Shown here: piece after piece, positions 47,454-59,494 of the stretch
How the letters are laid out: every line of letters starts with the position of its first letter
How positions within the stretch are numbered: the first letter of the stretch is position 1
Source of the DNA: an uncultured Bacilli bacterium
Lineage (GTDB): Bacteria; Bacillota_I; Bacilli_A; RF39; UBA660
Reading direction: 5' to 3'
Assembly: GCA_947632205.1 (NCBI GenBank)
Contig: CANROK010000002.1
Location: 1 to 62,145, forward strand
Length of the DNA stretch: 62,145 bases
Translations under genes and position numbers: made by a program
Notes under the pieces: generated by a model
The model's input: the letters and a program-made list of their open reading frames with translations, nothing else
Told to the model about the DNA's origin: nothing
Databases searched by the model: none

Positions 47454-48296
47454 ATGGCAATAAAACATTATAGACCTACGACTAATGGTCGAAGAGGAAT
47501 GACTACTCTTGTAAATGAAGAACTTACAACAAGAAATAATCCTACTAAATCTTTAGTTACAAAAGTTAATAAAACTGGTGGTAGAAATAACCAAGGAAAA
47601 TTAACAGTTCGTCACATTGGTGGAGGAGCTACTAAAAAATATCGTGTAATCGATTTTAAAAGAAATAAAATAGGAGTTACTGGTCGTGTTGCTTCAATTG
47701 AATACGATCCAAATAGAAATGCCAATATTGCATTAATCAATTATCGTGATGGTGAAAAGAAATATATTATTGCACCTAATGGTTTAAAAGTTGGTATGGT
47801 TATTGAAAATGGTGAAAAGGCCGATATTAAAGTAGGAAATTCACTTCCAATTCAAAATATTCCAGTTGGTACAATGATTCATTGTATTGAACTTAAACCA
47901 GGTAAAGGTGCTGAGTTATGTCGTGCTGCAGGTACAAGTGCTCAAATCCTTGGTAGAGAAGGTAAATATGTATTAGTTCGTTTACAATCTGGTGAAACAA
48001 GAAAAGTTTTAGGAACATGTATTGCAACAGTTGGTGTTGTTGGAAATGAAGATTATAACTTAGTAAATCTTGGCAAAGCCGGACGTAAAAGACATATGGG
48101 AATTAGACCTACTAATAGAGGTAGTGTAATGAACCCTAACGATCACCCACATGGTGGTGGAGAAGGAAGAGCTCCTGTTGGTCGTAAGAGTCCAATGACT
48201 CCATGGGGTAAACCAGCCCTTGGACATAAAACTCGTAAATCTAAGAAAGCTTCTGAAAAATTAATTATTAGTAGGAAGACTAAAATAGGAGGATAA
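47454..48296 (+). CDS. rplB: 50S ribosomal protein L2
   Basis: [15 protein letters not shown] and [13 protein letters not shown] motifs. Confidence 0.97.
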   Translation: MAIKHYRPTTNGRRGMTTLVNEELTTRNNPTKSLVTKVNKTGGRNNQGKLTVRHIGGGATKKYRVIDFKRNKIGVTGRVASIEYDPNRNANIALINYRDGEKKYIIAPNGLKVGMVIENGEKADIKVGNSLPIQNIPVGTMIHCIELKPGKGAELCRAAGTSAQILGREGKYVLVRLQSGETRKVLGTCIATVGVVGNEDYNLVNLGKAGRKRHMGIRPTNRGSVMNPNDHPHGGGEGRAPVGRKSPMTPWGKPALGHKTRKSKKASEKLIISRKTKIGG

Positions 48297-48297
48297 T

Positions 48298-48567
48298 ATG
48301 GCAAGAAGTTTGAAAAAAGGACCTTATGTTGAGAAATCACTTTTAGTAAAGGTTCAAAAATTAAATGCTGAAAATAAAAAGACAGTAATTAAAACTTGGT
48401 CAAGAAGAAGTACAATATTCCCTGACTTCGTTGGCCATACATTTGCAGTACATAATGGTAAAGATTTTATTCCAGTTTATGTTACTGAAGAAATGGTTGG
48501 TCATAAGCTTGGAGAATTTGCTGGTACTCGTAAATTTACTGGTCATGCAGGTGGAGGTAATAAATAA
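48298..48567 (+). CDS. rpsS: 30S ribosomal protein S19
   Basis: [11 protein letters not shown] and [11 protein letters not shown] motifs. Confidence 0.97.
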   Translation: MARSLKKGPYVEKSLLVKVQKLNAENKKTVIKTWSRRSTIFPDFVGHTFAVHNGKDFIPVYVTEEMVGHKLGEFAGTRKFTGHAGGGNK

Positions 48568-48917
48568 TGGAAACTTACGCAATACATAAAGGTGCTATTA
48601 TAAAACCTCGTTTAGCTCGTATGACAATGGACTTAATTAGAGGTAAAGATGTTATAACAGCAAGAAAAATATTGGAAGTAACTAATACTAAAGCAAGTAG
48701 ATTAATATTAAAAGTTTTAAATAGTGCTACTGCGAATGCTGTTAATAACTTTTCGGCTAAAGAAGAAGAACTTGTTATTAAAGAATGTTTTGTTAATCCA
48801 GGTACAATCCTTAAGAGAATACAATTTGCATCTCGTGGAAATGTAGATAGACATGATAAAAGAACAAGTCATATCAAAATTGTTGTAACAGACAATAAGA
48901 AAGGAGAAAATGCATAA
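48567..48917 (+). CDS. rplV: 50S ribosomal protein L22
   Basis: Position and size. Motif [19 protein letters not shown]-like. Confidence 0.95.
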   Translation: METYAIHKGAIIKPRLARMTMDLIRGKDVITARKILEVTNTKASRLILKVLNSATANAVNNFSAKEEELVIKECFVNPGTILKRIQFASRGNVDRHDKRTSHIKIVVTDNKKGENA

Positions 48918-49597
48918 TGGGACAAAAAGTTAATCCAGTTGGATATCGTTTAGGTGTTAATAAAGACTGGGAATCACGTTGGTATGATAAAAAGAATTAT
49001 GCGGATAATTTAAATAAAGATATTAAAATACGTGAATATATTTTAACTAACCTTAAAGATGCATCTATCTCGGCTGTAATTATTGAAAGAAAGAAAAATA
49101 GAGTAGATGTAACAATCAAAACGGCTAAACCAGGTGTTATCATTGGTCGTGGTGGCGAAGACATTGAAAAATTAAGAAAGAAAGTTGCTGCTTTAGTTAA
49201 GGAAGAAGTATTCATTAACATAATTGAAGAAAAGAATCCTAATTTAAATGCTAAATTAGTAGCTGACAATATTGCAATGCAAATTGAAAATAGAGCTCCA
49301 TTTAGAGCAGCTCAAAAAAGAGCTATTAGAGATACTATGAAAGCTGGCGCTAAAGGAATTAAAACTTTAGTATCTGGAAGATTAAATGGTGTAGAAATGG
49401 CTCGTAGTGAAGGATATAATGAAGGAACTGTTCCTCTACATACAATCCGTGCGGATATTGATTATGCTCAAAGTGAAGCCAATACAACATATGGAAAAAT
49501 TGGAGTTAAGGTATGGATTTATAAAGATGAAATTCTACCTAGCAAAAAAATAGTTAAAAAGGAGGCGACTTCAGATGTTGATGCCAAAGAGGACTAA
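48917..49597 (+). CDS. rpsC: 30S ribosomal protein S3
   Basis: [13 protein letters not shown] start and KH domain [10 protein letters not shown]. Confidence 0.97.
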   Translation: MGQKVNPVGYRLGVNKDWESRWYDKKNYADNLNKDIKIREYILTNLKDASISAVIIERKKNRVDVTIKTAKPGVIIGRGGEDIEKLRKKVAALVKEEVFINIIEEKNPNLNAKLVADNIAMQIENRAPFRAAQKRAIRDTMKAGAKGIKTLVSGRLNGVEMARSEGYNEGTVPLHTIRADIDYAQSEANTTYGKIGVKVWIYKDEILPSKKIVKKEATSDVDAKED

Positions 49598-49988
49598 ATA
49601 TAGAAAGTCGCATAGATTAACATATGATGGTCATGCAAGAGGAAATACTACTTTAACAAAAGGCGAATATGGATTAATGGCTACTGAAGGTGCTTGGATC
49701 TCTGCTCGTCAAATTGAAGCAGCTCGTATTGCAATGACACGTTATATGAAACGTGGTGGTAAAGTATTTATTAATATTTTCCCACATTTACCAATAACTA
49801 AAAAACCTTTAGAAACTCGTCAAGGAAAAGGAAAAGGTAACGTAGAAGAATATGTTGCTGTAGTTAAAGAAGGTAAAATTATGTTTGAAATAAGTGAAAT
49901 TGATGAAGCAACTGCTAAAGAAGCTTTTAGGTTAGCTTCACATAAACTTCCAATCAAATGTAAATTTGTTAAAAAGGATGGTGAATAA
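49575..49988 (+). CDS. rplP: 50S ribosomal protein L16
   Basis: [11 protein letters not shown] start and [19 protein letters not shown] motif. Confidence 0.97.
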   Translation: MLMPKRTKYRKSHRLTYDGHARGNTTLTKGEYGLMATEGAWISARQIEAARIAMTRYMKRGGKVFINIFPHLPITKKPLETRQGKGKGNVEEYVAVVKEGKIMFEISEIDEATAKEAFRLASHKLPIKCKFVKKDGE

Positions 49989-49990
49989 AA

Positions 49991-50194
49991 GTGGATATTA
50001 AAGAAATTAGAAAATTATCTTCGGCTGATTTAAAGAAGAAGATAATAGAAACTAAAGAAGAATTATTCACAAAAAGAATGCAACAAGCAAATGGAACATT
50101 AGAACATCCAACCGAACTTAAAACATTAAGAAAAAATGTTGCAAAAATGAAAACTATCTTAAGAGAAAGAGAATTAGAGGAGGCAAATAAATAA
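49991..50194 (+). CDS. rpmC: 50S ribosomal protein L29
   Basis: 67 aa, GTG start. [21 protein letters not shown] is typical of L29. Confidence 0.93.
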   Translation: MDIKEIRKLSSADLKKKIIETKEELFTKRMQQANGTLEHPTELKTLRKNVAKMKTILRERELEEANK

Positions 50195-50451
50195 TGGCTA
50201 AAAGAGTACAAGAATTAGTAGGAAAAGTAGTAAGTGCTAAATGTGATAAAACAATAACTGTTTTAGTTGAAACTTACAAACGTCATCCTCTATATAATAA
50301 ACGTGTAAAATATTCAAAGAAATATCATGCACATGATGAACTTAATAAAGCAAAACAAGGAGATACAGTAAGAATAAGATTAACTAAACCAATTTCTAAA
50401 ACGAAGAAATATGAATTAGTAGATGTTATTCAACAAGCTGTAGTTCTTTAG
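50194..50451 (+). CDS. rpsQ: 30S ribosomal protein S17
   Basis: [17 protein letters not shown]...HPLYNKRV motif. Confidence 0.96.
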   Translation: MAKRVQELVGKVVSAKCDKTITVLVETYKRHPLYNKRVKYSKKYHAHDELNKAKQGDTVRIRLTKPISKTKKYELVDVIQQAVVL

Positions 50452-50462
50452 GAGGTGTGGCT

Positions 50463-50831
50463 ATGGTTAGTCAAGAAACAAGATTAAAAGTTGCTGATAA
50501 TACGGGAGCAAGAGAAGTATTAGTAATTAAAGCTCTAGGTGGAAGCAAAGTTAAGAGTGTTAATATTGGTGATACAGTAGTTGTTACTGTTAAAAAAGCT
50601 ATTCCAAATAGTAATATGCCTAAAGGAAAAGTTGTTAAAGCTGTAATTGTAAGAACAGTTGAAGGCGTTCGTCGTGAAGATGGTTCTTATATCAAGTTTG
50701 ACGATAATGCTTGTGTACTTATTAAAGATGATAAATCGCCAATCGGTACAAGAGTATTAGGACCAGTTGCTAGAGAATTAAGAGAAAAAGATTATATGAA
50801 GATCGTTTCACTAGCTCCTGAGGTTATATAG
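50463..50831 (+). CDS. rplN: 50S ribosomal protein L14
   Basis: [19 protein letters not shown]. The ATG at 50463 lies behind GGAGG, whereas the track started at a GTG at 50457. Confidence 0.96.
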   Translation: MVSQETRLKVADNTGAREVLVIKALGGSKVKSVNIGDTVVVTVKKAIPNSNMPKGKVVKAVIVRTVEGVRREDGSYIKFDDNACVLIKDDKSPIGTRVLGPVARELREKDYMKIVSLAPEVI

Positions 50832-50839
50832 GAGGAAAT

Positions 50840-51196
50840 ATGAAGATTAAAGTAAATGACACTGTATTAGTTATTACTGGTGAAGATAAAGGTAAAACTG
50901 GTAAAGTATTAAAAACTATTAAATCAGAAAATAAAGTTGTTGTTGAAGGTATTAATATTTCCAAAAGACATACAAAACCAAGAACAAGTAATGATAAGGG
51001 TGGTATTTTCGATATTGAAATGCCTATTCATGTATCAAATGTAAAATTAGTAGATAAAAAAGAAGCTAAGAAGGAAACAAAAAAAGAAACTAAAACAACA
51101 AAAACTTCAAAAGTAGAAAAAGTTGAAAATAAAGAAAAAGAAACGAAAACTACTAAAGAAGTTGCTAAAAAATCTACAAAGAAAGCTAGTAAGTAG
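50840..51196 (+). CDS. rplX: 50S ribosomal protein L24 with a Lys-rich C-terminal extension
   Basis: KOW motif ([18 protein letters not shown]). The tail is [19 protein letters not shown]... Confidence 0.95.
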   Translation: MKIKVNDTVLVITGEDKGKTGKVLKTIKSENKVVVEGINISKRHTKPRTSNDKGGIFDIEMPIHVSNVKLVDKKEAKKETKKETKTTKTSKVEKVENKEKETKTTKEVAKKSTKKASK

Positions 51197-51204
51197 GTGA
51201 ATTT

Positions 51205-51744
51205 ATGAGTAATTTTAAAGAATTATATGATAAAGAAATAAAAAATAATTTAAAAAAAGAATTTAATTATAAAAGTATCATGCAAGTACCTCGCTTAGAA
51301 AAAATTGTTATTAACATGGGCGTTGGTGAAGGAAGTCATGATGTTAAATTCATAGAAGCAGCTCAAAAAGATTTAGAATTAATAGCTGGTCAACATGCAG
51401 TTGTTACTAAAGCTCGTAAATCAATTGCTGGTTTTAAATTAAGAGAAGGTCAACCTGTTGGTGTTAAAGTAACACTTAGAGGTGAAAATATGTACAATTT
51501 TATGGAAAAATTAATTAAAGTTGGACTTCCAAGAGTTAGAGATTTTAGAGGTGTTTCATCTCATGCCTTTGATGGTAAAGGAAATTATACTCTAGGAATT
51601 AAAGAACAATTAGTATTCCCAGAAATTGAATATGATAATGTTTATAAAATTCGTGGTATGGATATAGTATTCGTTACCACAGCAAAAAGTAATGAAGAAG
51701 CATATGCATTACTTAAGGCATTTGGAATGCCATTTAAAGGTTAG
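51205..51744 (+). CDS. rplE: 50S ribosomal protein L5
   Basis: Motifs IVINMGVGE and RDFRGV. Confidence 0.97.
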   Translation: MSNFKELYDKEIKNNLKKEFNYKSIMQVPRLEKIVINMGVGEGSHDVKFIEAAQKDLELIAGQHAVVTKARKSIAGFKLREGQPVGVKVTLRGENMYNFMEKLIKVGLPRVRDFRGVSSHAFDGKGNYTLGIKEQLVFPEIEYDNVYKIRGMDIVFVTTAKSNEEAYALLKAFGMPFKG

Positions 51745-51752
51745 GTGTAATT

Positions 51753-51938
51753 ATGGCTAAGAAAAGTATGATTATTAAAAATAAGAGAAATCCAAAATTT
51801 TCATCTCGTGAATATACAAGATGTGAAAGATGTGGAAGACCTCATGCAGTTTTAAGAAAATTTAAATTATGTCGTATTTGCTTTAGAGAACTTGCAAATA
51901 AAGGCCAAATACCTGGCGTAAAGAAATCTAGTTGGTAA
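51753..51938 (+). CDS. rpsN: 30S ribosomal protein S14 type Z (zinc-binding, 61 aa)
   Basis: CERCGRP...CRIC zinc ribbon, ends in W. Confidence 0.96.
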   Translation: MAKKSMIIKNKRNPKFSSREYTRCERCGRPHAVLRKFKLCRICFRELANKGQIPGVKKSSW

Positions 51939-51952
51939 AAGGGAGGAACAAG

Positions 51953-52351
51953 ATGTTTGTACAAGATAAAATAGCTGATATGTTAACTCGTATTCGTAAT
52001 GCCATTATTATGAAATATCCAACAGTTGAAGTAGTAGGTACTAAAATGACTTTAGAAATTGCTGAAATACTTAAAAGAGAAGGATATATCGAAGATTTTG
52101 AATATGTTAAGAATACGAATGGTGATGTATTAAATTTAAAATTAAAATATGGTGCTAAAAAAGAAAGTGTTATAACAGGTCTTAAAAGAATAAGTAAATC
52201 TGGTTTACGTGTATATGCAAAAGCTACAGAAGTTCCTCGTGTTCTTAATGGCTTAGGAATTGCAATAATCTCTACTTCTAAAGGTTTAATGACTGATAAA
52301 GAAGCAAGAGCTGCTAAGTTAGGAGGCGAAGTTCTTGCCTATATTTGGTAA
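51953..52351 (+). CDS. rpsH: 30S ribosomal protein S8
   Basis: [13 protein letters not shown] motif. The ATG at 51953 lies behind GGGAGG. Confidence 0.96.
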   Translation: MFVQDKIADMLTRIRNAIIMKYPTVEVVGTKMTLEIAEILKREGYIEDFEYVKNTNGDVLNLKLKYGAKKESVITGLKRISKSGLRVYAKATEVPRVLNGLGIAIISTSKGLMTDKEARAAKLGGEVLAYIW

Positions 52352-52360
52352 GTAAATCTT

Positions 52361-52897
52361 ATGAGTAGAATTGGAGAAAGAAAATTAGTTATACCAGAAG
52401 GTATAGAAGTAACTGTCGAAGGAAGAGTAGTTACAGTTAAAGGAAATAAAGGAACACTTAGTTTAAATGTTAATCCTTTAGTAGAAGTTAGTGTATCTGA
52501 TGGACATGTTATTACAAAACAAAAGAAAGAATCAAAAGAAGCAAATATGCAACAAGGAACAACAAATTCTTTAATTAAGAGCATGATTGATGGTCTTCAT
52601 AAGGGCTTTGAAAAAGGACTTGAAGCAGTTGGTGTTGGATATCGTTTCAATGTTCAAGGTAAGAAAATAGTTATTAGTGCTGGATATTCTCATACAGTTG
52701 ATATCGAAGTTCCAGAGGGCTTAACTGCTGAACTTGTAAGTAATACTGAAATTACTATTAAAGGTATTGATAAACAAAAAGTTGCAGAATTTGCAGCAAA
52801 GGTTAGAAAAGTAAGAGAACCAGAACCATATAAAGGTAAAGGTATTCGTTATAAAGGCGAAGTAGTTCGTCGTAAAGAAGGAAAGAAAGCGGCATAA
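52361..52897 (+). CDS. rplF: 50S ribosomal protein L6
   Basis: MSRIGERKLVIPEGIEV start and EPYKGKGIRY motif. Confidence 0.97.
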   Translation: MSRIGERKLVIPEGIEVTVEGRVVTVKGNKGTLSLNVNPLVEVSVSDGHVITKQKKESKEANMQQGTTNSLIKSMIDGLHKGFEKGLEAVGVGYRFNVQGKKIVISAGYSHTVDIEVPEGLTAELVSNTEITIKGIDKQKVAEFAAKVRKVREPEPYKGKGIRYKGEVVRRKEGKKAA

Positions 52898-52908
52898 GGA
52901 GGTAAGTT

Positions 52909-53265
52909 ATGATAAGAAAAGAATCTAAAAATGATACTCGTGAAATAAGACACGCAAGAATCAGAAAAAATTTAAGTGGTACTAAAGAAATGCCAAGATT
53001 AAATGTTTTTCGTTCAAATGCTCAAATTTATGCTCAAGTAATTGATGATGTCACTGGTACTACGCTAGTAAGCTCATCAAGCCGTGAACTTAAACTTGCA
53101 AATGGTGGTAATATTGAAGCAGCTAAAGCTGTAGGTAAAGATATTGCCGAAAAATGTAAGAAAGCAAAAATTAATAAGGTTGTTTTTGACCGTGGTGGTT
53201 ACTTATATCATGGTCGTGTAAGTGCTTTAGCAGATGCTGCTAGAGAAGCAGGATTAGAGATATAG
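52909..53265 (+). CDS. rplR: 50S ribosomal protein L18
   Basis: Motifs [18 protein letters not shown] and [12 protein letters not shown]. Confidence 0.97.
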   Translation: MIRKESKNDTREIRHARIRKNLSGTKEMPRLNVFRSNAQIYAQVIDDVTGTTLVSSSSRELKLANGGNIEAAKAVGKDIAEKCKKAKINKVVFDRGGYLYHGRVSALADAAREAGLEI

Positions 53266-53275
53266 GAGGAAACGC

Positions 53276-53797
53276 ATGGACAAAAAGGTTGTTAATAATA
53301 GAAAAAATAATGATGCAAAGAAAAATTTATTAGAAGAAAAAGTTATCTCAATATCTAAAGTTACAAAAGTTAACAAAGGTGGTAGACATTTTCGTTTTAA
53401 AGCCGATGTTGCTGTTGGTAATAGAAAAGGACTTGTAGGTATTGGTACTGGTAAAGCTAATGAAGTATCTGAAGCAATTAAAAAAGCTATTCAAGCAGCA
53501 AACAAAAATGTTGTTAAAATATCTTTAATTGATAATAGAACTGTTCCTCATGATTATACAAGTAAAGTTGGTCGTAGTGTTGTTCTTATTAAACCAGCTA
53601 AAGAAGGTCGTGGAATCATCGCTGGTGGTGCCGCAAGAGCCGTACTTGAACTAGCTGGTGTTAAAGATATCGTAGCAAAAAGTTTAGGAGCTAATACCCA
53701 AATAAATGTTGCTAAAGCAACATTAAAGGCATTACAAGCTCAAAGAACTCCAGAACATATTGCTGAACTTCGTGGCAAAAAAGTGGAGGAATTATAA
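53276..53797 (+). CDS. rpsE: 30S ribosomal protein S5
   Basis: Motifs [16 protein letters not shown] and [15 protein letters not shown]. Confidence 0.97.
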   Translation: MDKKVVNNRKNNDAKKNLLEEKVISISKVTKVNKGGRHFRFKADVAVGNRKGLVGIGTGKANEVSEAIKKAIQAANKNVVKISLIDNRTVPHDYTSKVGRSVVLIKPAKEGRGIIAGGAARAVLELAGVKDIVAKSLGANTQINVAKATLKALQAQRTPEHIAELRGKKVEEL

Positions 53798-53798
53798 T

Positions 53799-54242
53799 AT
53801 GAAATTAGAAAATTTACCAAAATCTAAAGAAACTAAAGGAATAAAAAGAGTGGGAAGAGGACCTGGATCAGGAATGGGTAAAACATCTACACGTGGTGAA
53901 AAAGGTCAAAAAGCTAGAAGTGGTGCATCAATTCCTGCATGGTTCCAAGGTGGACAATCTCCATTATATAGAAGAATACCTAAAAGAGGATTTAATAATA
54001 AAAGATTTAGATGTGAATTTGCAACAATTAATCTTGATACATTAAATAAATTCTTCAAAGATGGTGATGTAGTAACACCAGAAATTTTAAATGAAAGAGG
54101 AATAATTAAGAAAAATTTAAGTGGAATTAAAGTTTTAGCAAATGGTAATTTAGATAAAAAATTAACAGTTAAAGCTAATAGATTCTCAAGTAAGGCCGTA
54201 ACTAAAATAGAAGAAGCCGGTGGCAAAACTGAGGTGATTTAG
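53799..54242 (+). CDS. rplO: 50S ribosomal protein L15
   Basis: Motif [26 protein letters not shown]. The ATG at 53799 lies behind GGAGG, 1 nt after the rpsE stop, so no rpmD lies between them. Confidence 0.95.
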   Translation: MKLENLPKSKETKGIKRVGRGPGSGMGKTSTRGEKGQKARSGASIPAWFQGGQSPLYRRIPKRGFNNKRFRCEFATINLDTLNKFFKDGDVVTPEILNERGIIKKNLSGIKVLANGNLDKKLTVKANRFSSKAVTKIEEAGGKTEVI

Positions 54243-55511
54243 ATGTTTCGTGGGTTTACTCAAATATTTAGTAAATCAAATAAAGATTTAAGACGTAGAA
54301 TATATTTTACATTAGCTTGTCTTGGTTTATTCTGTTTAGGAACAACTATTACTGTTCCTTGGGTAAATGTTGTTTTATCAGATTTAAGAGCCCTTGAGAT
54401 ATTCAACTTAATGAGTGGTGGCGGACTTCAAAATGTTTCAATATTTGCTTTAGGTGTATCTCCATACATTACAGCATCTATTATTACTGAATTCTTACAA
54501 ATGGACATTATTCCCTATTTTAAAGAATTAAAAGAACAAGGATATGTCGGAAGACAAAAAATGAATAAAATTACTAGATATTTAGCAATTATCTTTGCCT
54601 TTGTTCAAGGATATGCTTTATGTTTATTCTTTAATAAATCATTTGAATTATCAACTCTTGAAATATTAAAGACAACCCTTGTTATGACAGCAGGTACTGC
54701 CTTCTGTTTATGGCTAGGTGATCAAATTACGAAAAAAGGTGTTGGTAATGGTTCTTCAATGATTATTATGGCAGGTATAATGTTTAGTATGCCAAGAATA
54801 TTTATTGGAGCATATAACTCATTTATAAATGGTGCTTATTCATTACCAATGGGAATTGCTTTATTTATCTTATTTATCTTAGTATATATTTTAGTATTAG
54901 TAGGTATTATTTATGTTCAACTTGCTGAAAGAAGAATACCTATTCAATATGCAAATAGAACGACAAGTGCTTATGGTGCTGAACAAAGTTATTTACCAAT
55001 TAAAATTAATTCAGCCGGTGTTATTCCAGTAATATTTGCTCAAATATTACTAACAGTACCATCTACAATTGCGGCTTTCTTTAAGAATGAAAAAGTATTA
55101 GCATTTATTGATAAATATATAATGTATACATCTACAACTGGTTTAATATTATATATATTATTAATTATATTCTTTGGATATTTCTATACATTTATGATTA
55201 TGAATCCTGAAGAGATGAGTAAGAATTTAAATGAAAGAGGTGGCTATATTCCAGGAATAAGACCAGGTGCAGATACGACTAAATTTATAAGTTCTTCAAT
55301 TAGTAAATTAACAATTGTTGGAAGTATCTTCTTAACAATAATTGCTATTTTACCAGTATTGATAAGTAAATTTACTACCCTTGATAATTCCGTTACTATT
55401 GGTGGTACTGGTTTATTAATCGTTGTTGGGGTAGCAATTGAAACATATAAACAAATGGAAAGTAGTTTACTTGCAAGAAGTTATAAAGAAAAGAGAAGAA
55501 AATTAAGATGA
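54243..55511 (+). CDS. secY: preprotein translocase subunit SecY
   Basis: 10-TM protein with LGVSPYITASII and GGYIPGIRPG motifs. Confidence 0.97.
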   Translation: MFRGFTQIFSKSNKDLRRRIYFTLACLGLFCLGTTITVPWVNVVLSDLRALEIFNLMSGGGLQNVSIFALGVSPYITASIITEFLQMDIIPYFKELKEQGYVGRQKMNKITRYLAIIFAFVQGYALCLFFNKSFELSTLEILKTTLVMTAGTAFCLWLGDQITKKGVGNGSSMIIMAGIMFSMPRIFIGAYNSFINGAYSLPMGIALFILFILVYILVLVGIIYVQLAERRIPIQYANRTTSAYGAEQSYLPIKINSAGVIPVIFAQILLTVPSTIAAFFKNEKVLAFIDKYIMYTSTTGLILYILLIIFFGYFYTFMIMNPEEMSKNLNERGGYIPGIRPGADTTKFISSSISKLTIVGSIFLTIIAILPVLISKFTTLDNSVTIGGTGLLIVVGVAIETYKQMESSLLARSYKEKRRKLR

Positions 55512-56149
55512 TGAAAAATGTAATTTTTATTGCTCCCCCTTCCGCTGGTAAAGGTACACAAAGTGCTTTACTTGTTGATATGGGTTATGTACATATTTCT
55601 ACTGGAGATATGTTAAGAGAAGAAATAAGTAAGAAATCAGAGATTGGTTTAAAAGTTGAAAGCATTATGCAAAGTGGTAAACTTGTTAGTGATGATATAG
55701 TTTATGAATTACTTAAAAATAAATTAAGTAATTTAAATAAAGCATTTATATTAGATGGTTTTCCAAGAACTATAAATCAAGCTAATATGTTAGATAAGTT
55801 ATTTCAAGAATTAAATATCGATAATTATGAAGTTATTTATTTAGATATTACTTTAGAAGATGCTTTAGAAAGAGCTTTAGGACGTCTTACTTGTGAATGT
55901 GGGGCTTCATATAGTAAATATAATGAAGAATTTAAACCAAAAGTTGATGGTGTATGTGATAAATGTGGTAAAAAACTTATTTCTAGAAGTGATGATAATG
56001 AAGAATCATTTAGAGTAAGATATCAAACATTTGTCGATAATGCATCACCAATTAAAGAATTTTATCAAAGCAAAAATAAATTACATAATATAGATACAGC
56101 TTTAGGCAAAGATAAAGTTGCTGAAAAGATTAAGGAAATATTAAAATGA
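55508..56149 (+). CDS. adk: adenylate kinase (zinc-lid type)
   Basis: P-loop APPSAGKGTQ and lid cysteines CECG...CDKCG. Confidence 0.96.
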   Translation: MMKNVIFIAPPSAGKGTQSALLVDMGYVHISTGDMLREEISKKSEIGLKVESIMQSGKLVSDDIVYELLKNKLSNLNKAFILDGFPRTINQANMLDKLFQELNIDNYEVIYLDITLEDALERALGRLTCECGASYSKYNEEFKPKVDGVCDKCGKKLISRSDDNEESFRVRYQTFVDNASPIKEFYQSKNKLHNIDTALGKDKVAEKIKEILK

Positions 56150-56886
56150 TTACTATTAAGAGTAATAGAGAAATTGAATTAATGAAACATGCTGGGCATA
56201 TCAATTATTTGACGCATTTAGAAGTTAAAAAACATTTAAAACCAGGTATTACTACTAAAGAATTAAATGATATAGCCAATAAATTTATATTAGCAAATGA
56301 TTGTACTCCTTCCTTTCTAAATTATGAAGGATACCCAGCAAGTATCTGTATCTCCGTTAATGATGAAGTGGTACATGGTATACCATCTAAAAGAAAAATT
56401 AAAGATGGTGATGTTGTATCAGTTGACATTGGCGTATGTTATAAAGGATATCATTCAGACTCTGCAAATACATATATAGTTGGTAAAAGTACAAAAGAGA
56501 TAACAGATTTAGTTGAAAACACTAAAAAAGCTTTATATGAGGGCTTAAGTGTTATTAAAGATGGTATAAAAATCAGTGAAATTGGTGCAAAAATTGAAAA
56601 CTATGCTCTATCTAATAATTTAGGTGTAGTAAGAGAACTTGTTGGTCATGGTGTTGGGACTAGTGTTCATGAAGATCCTGATGTTCCAAATTATTATACA
56701 AAGAATCAAACACGACTTAGAAGTGGTATGGTTATAGCAGTTGAACCAATGTTGAATTTAGGTACTGAAGATATTTATATGGAAGATGATGAGTGGACTA
56801 TTAAGACCGAAGATGGTCTTCCAAGTGCTCATTTTGAACATACCGTATTAGTTACTGATAATGGATATGTAATTTTAACAGAGTAA
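56146..56886 (+). CDS. map: type I methionine aminopeptidase
   Basis: Motifs VHGIP, DIGV, GHGVG and EPM. 246 aa. Confidence 0.95.
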   Translation: MITIKSNREIELMKHAGHINYLTHLEVKKHLKPGITTKELNDIANKFILANDCTPSFLNYEGYPASICISVNDEVVHGIPSKRKIKDGDVVSVDIGVCYKGYHSDSANTYIVGKSTKEITDLVENTKKALYEGLSVIKDGIKISEIGAKIENYALSNNLGVVRELVGHGVGTSVHEDPDVPNYYTKNQTRLRSGMVIAVEPMLNLGTEDIYMEDDEWTIKTEDGLPSAHFEHTVLVTDNGYVILTE

Positions 56887-56893
56887 AAGGAGA

Positions 56894-57287
<394 letters not shown>

Positions 57288-57296
57288 GAGGAAATT

Positions 57297-57671
57297 ATGG
57301 CAAGAATTAAAAATATTGATTTACCAGGTGATAAACATACTTGTATCGGACTTACAGCTATTTATGGTATCGGAAGACCTTTAGCAAAAACAATTTGTAA
57401 AGACGCTAAAGTAGATGAAGCAAAGAAAATTAAAGATTTAACAGAAGATGAAATTAATGCCTTACGTAAAGAAGTAGATAAATATGTTGTTGAAGGTGAT
57501 TTACGTAGAGATGTTCAAATGAACATTAAAAATAAAATGGAAATTAATTGTTATCAAGGTATTAGACACAAAAAAGGTCTACCAGTAAGAGGACAAAGAA
57601 CTAATAGAAATGCTAGAACTCGTAAGGGTAGAGGAAAAGTTGTAGCTAATAAGAAGAAAGCTGGAAAGTAG
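57297..57671 (+). CDS. rpsM: 30S ribosomal protein S13
   Basis: [10 protein letters not shown] start and [18 protein letters not shown] motif. Confidence 0.97.
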   Translation: MARIKNIDLPGDKHTCIGLTAIYGIGRPLAKTICKDAKVDEAKKIKDLTEDEINALRKEVDKYVVEGDLRRDVQMNIKNKMEINCYQGIRHKKGLPVRGQRTNRNARTRKGRGKVVANKKKAGK

Positions 57672-57681
57672 GGATTAACTT

Positions 57682-58065
57682 ATGGCATATAATAGAAGAA
57701 AAAGAAAAATTAAGAAGAATATTCCAGAAGCAGTTGCTCACATTCATGCCACATATAATAACACAATAGTAACTATTAGTGATAAAGATGGTAATGCAAT
57801 TAGTTGGTCAAGTGCTGGAAGAATTGGCTACATTGGTAGTAAAAAGAAAACTCCATATGCAGCTGGACTTGCAGCAGAAGCTGCTGCTACTGCCGCAATG
57901 GAACAAGGCGTAAAAAAGGTAGAAGTTGTTGTTAAGGGATTAGCACCAGGAAGAGAAAATGCAATTAGATCATTATCAAGTGCTGGTTTAGAAGTAACAA
58001 GTATTACTGATGAAACACCAGTACCACATAATGGATGCCGTCCACCAAAAAGACCAAGAAATTAA
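57682..58065 (+). CDS. rpsK: 30S ribosomal protein S11
   Basis: Motifs [16 protein letters not shown] and [15 protein letters not shown]. Confidence 0.97.
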   Translation: MAYNRRKRKIKKNIPEAVAHIHATYNNTIVTISDKDGNAISWSSAGRIGYIGSKKKTPYAAGLAAEAAATAAMEQGVKKVEVVVKGLAPGRENAIRSLSSAGLEVTSITDETPVPHNGCRPPKRPRN

Positions 58066-58086
58066 TAAGTAGAAAGGGAATATTGT

Positions 58087-59034
58087 ATGATGATAAAATT
58101 TGGAAAACCAGAATACAAAATTACTGAATACATCGATAGCAATCATTTTGGAAAATTTGAACTAGAACCATTAGAAAGAGGATTTGGTACGACTATTGGT
58201 AATGCTTTAAGAAGAGTATTATTATCTAGTTTACCAGGAAGTGCAGTTACTAGCATCAAAATAGATGGCGTTTTACATGAATTTCAAAAGATTCCTGGCG
58301 TTATCGAAGATGTTACATCTATAGTTTTAAATATTAAAAATTTAGTTGTTAAAAATCATTCAGAAGAAAAGAAAGTAATTAGATTACATGCTGAATCTTT
58401 AGGACCTGTAACAGCAAGTATGATTGAAAAAGATGCTGATATTGAAGTAATAAATGGTGATTTAGTTATTTGTAATTTAGTTGAAGGTGGAAAGATAGAT
58501 ATTGAAATGACTGTTGAAAATGGTCGTGGATATGTTGATGCTAAAGAAAATAAAAAGCGTCTTACAGATGCTAAAGTAGGAACAATTGCAATTGATTCAT
58601 CTTATTCACCAATTGAACTTGTTAAATATGAAGTACTTGATACTCGTGTTGGACAAAATGAAAATTTTGATAAATTAATAATGGAGATTACTACTGATGG
58701 TAGTATGGCTCCAGAAGAAGCAATGGCTTTAGCAGCTAAAATATTAGTAGAACACTTTAATATTATTTCTGATTTAAATTCTATTAGTGATTTTTCAGGA
58801 TTAATGCAAGAAAAGAAAGTTGATACTATTACTAAAACATTAGAAACACCAATTGAGGAAGTTGAATTTAGTGTTAGAGCTTATAATTGCTTAAAAAGAG
58901 CTGGTATTCATACCGTTCAAGATTTAGTTGATAAAAGAGAAGTAGAAGTTACAAAAATTAGAAACTTAGGCAAGAAGAGTCTTAAAGAAGTTCTTGATAA
59001 AGTTGCTGATTTAGGACTTACATTTAAGGAGTAA
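58087..59034 (+). CDS. rpoA: DNA-directed RNA polymerase alpha subunit
   Basis: Motifs PLERGFGTTIGNALRRVLLSSLPG and CTD SVRAYNCLKRAGIHTVQDL. Confidence 0.97.
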   Translation: MMIKFGKPEYKITEYIDSNHFGKFELEPLERGFGTTIGNALRRVLLSSLPGSAVTSIKIDGVLHEFQKIPGVIEDVTSIVLNIKNLVVKNHSEEKKVIRLHAESLGPVTASMIEKDADIEVINGDLVICNLVEGGKIDIEMTVENGRGYVDAKENKKRLTDAKVGTIAIDSSYSPIELVKYEVLDTRVGQNENFDKLIMEITTDGSMAPEEAMALAAKILVEHFNIISDLNSISDFSGLMQEKKVDTITKTLETPIEEVEFSVRAYNCLKRAGIHTVQDLVDKREVEVTKIRNLGKKSLKEVLDKVADLGLTFKE

Positions 59035-59040
59035 TGGATT

Positions 59041-59382
59041 ATGGCATATAGAAAATTAGGAAGAGAAACACGTATTAGAAGAAGCATTTTAGCAGGACTT
59101 ACAAAAGATGTTATAATGCATGAATCTATTGTTACTACAGAAGCAAGAGCTAAAGAAGTAAGAAAATTCGTTGATAAAATGATTACATATGGTAAGAATG
59201 GTACTTTAGTATCTCGTCGTATAGCTTTAGCATTTTTACATAATGATAAAGATGTTGTTAATAAAATATTTAACGAACTTGCTCCAAAGTATAAAGATCG
59301 TAATGGTGGTTATACAAGAATTATTAAACTTGCTGAACGTCGTGGCGATGATGCTTTAGAAGTTAGATTAGAATTAGTATAA
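59041..59382 (+). CDS. rplQ: 50S ribosomal protein L17
   Basis: [14 protein letters not shown] start and [10 protein letters not shown] motif. Confidence 0.96.
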   Translation: MAYRKLGRETRIRRSILAGLTKDVIMHESIVTTEARAKEVRKFVDKMITYGKNGTLVSRRIALAFLHNDKDVVNKIFNELAPKYKDRNGGYTRIIKLAERRGDDALEVRLELV

Positions 59383-59383
59383 A

Positions 59384-59408
59384 AATTGAGAGTTTTCTCA
59401 ATTTTTTT
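59384..59408 (+). terminator. intrinsic terminator of the alpha operon
   Basis: AATTGAG-AGTTTT-CTCAATT hairpin followed by a T-run. Confidence 0.75.
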
Positions 59409-59494
59409 GTTCTTTCAAATAGTAATAACACATGTTACTATTGCAAATAAATAGTTATTATTGTATTATATAGATTACTAGAAAGAGAGTGTTT

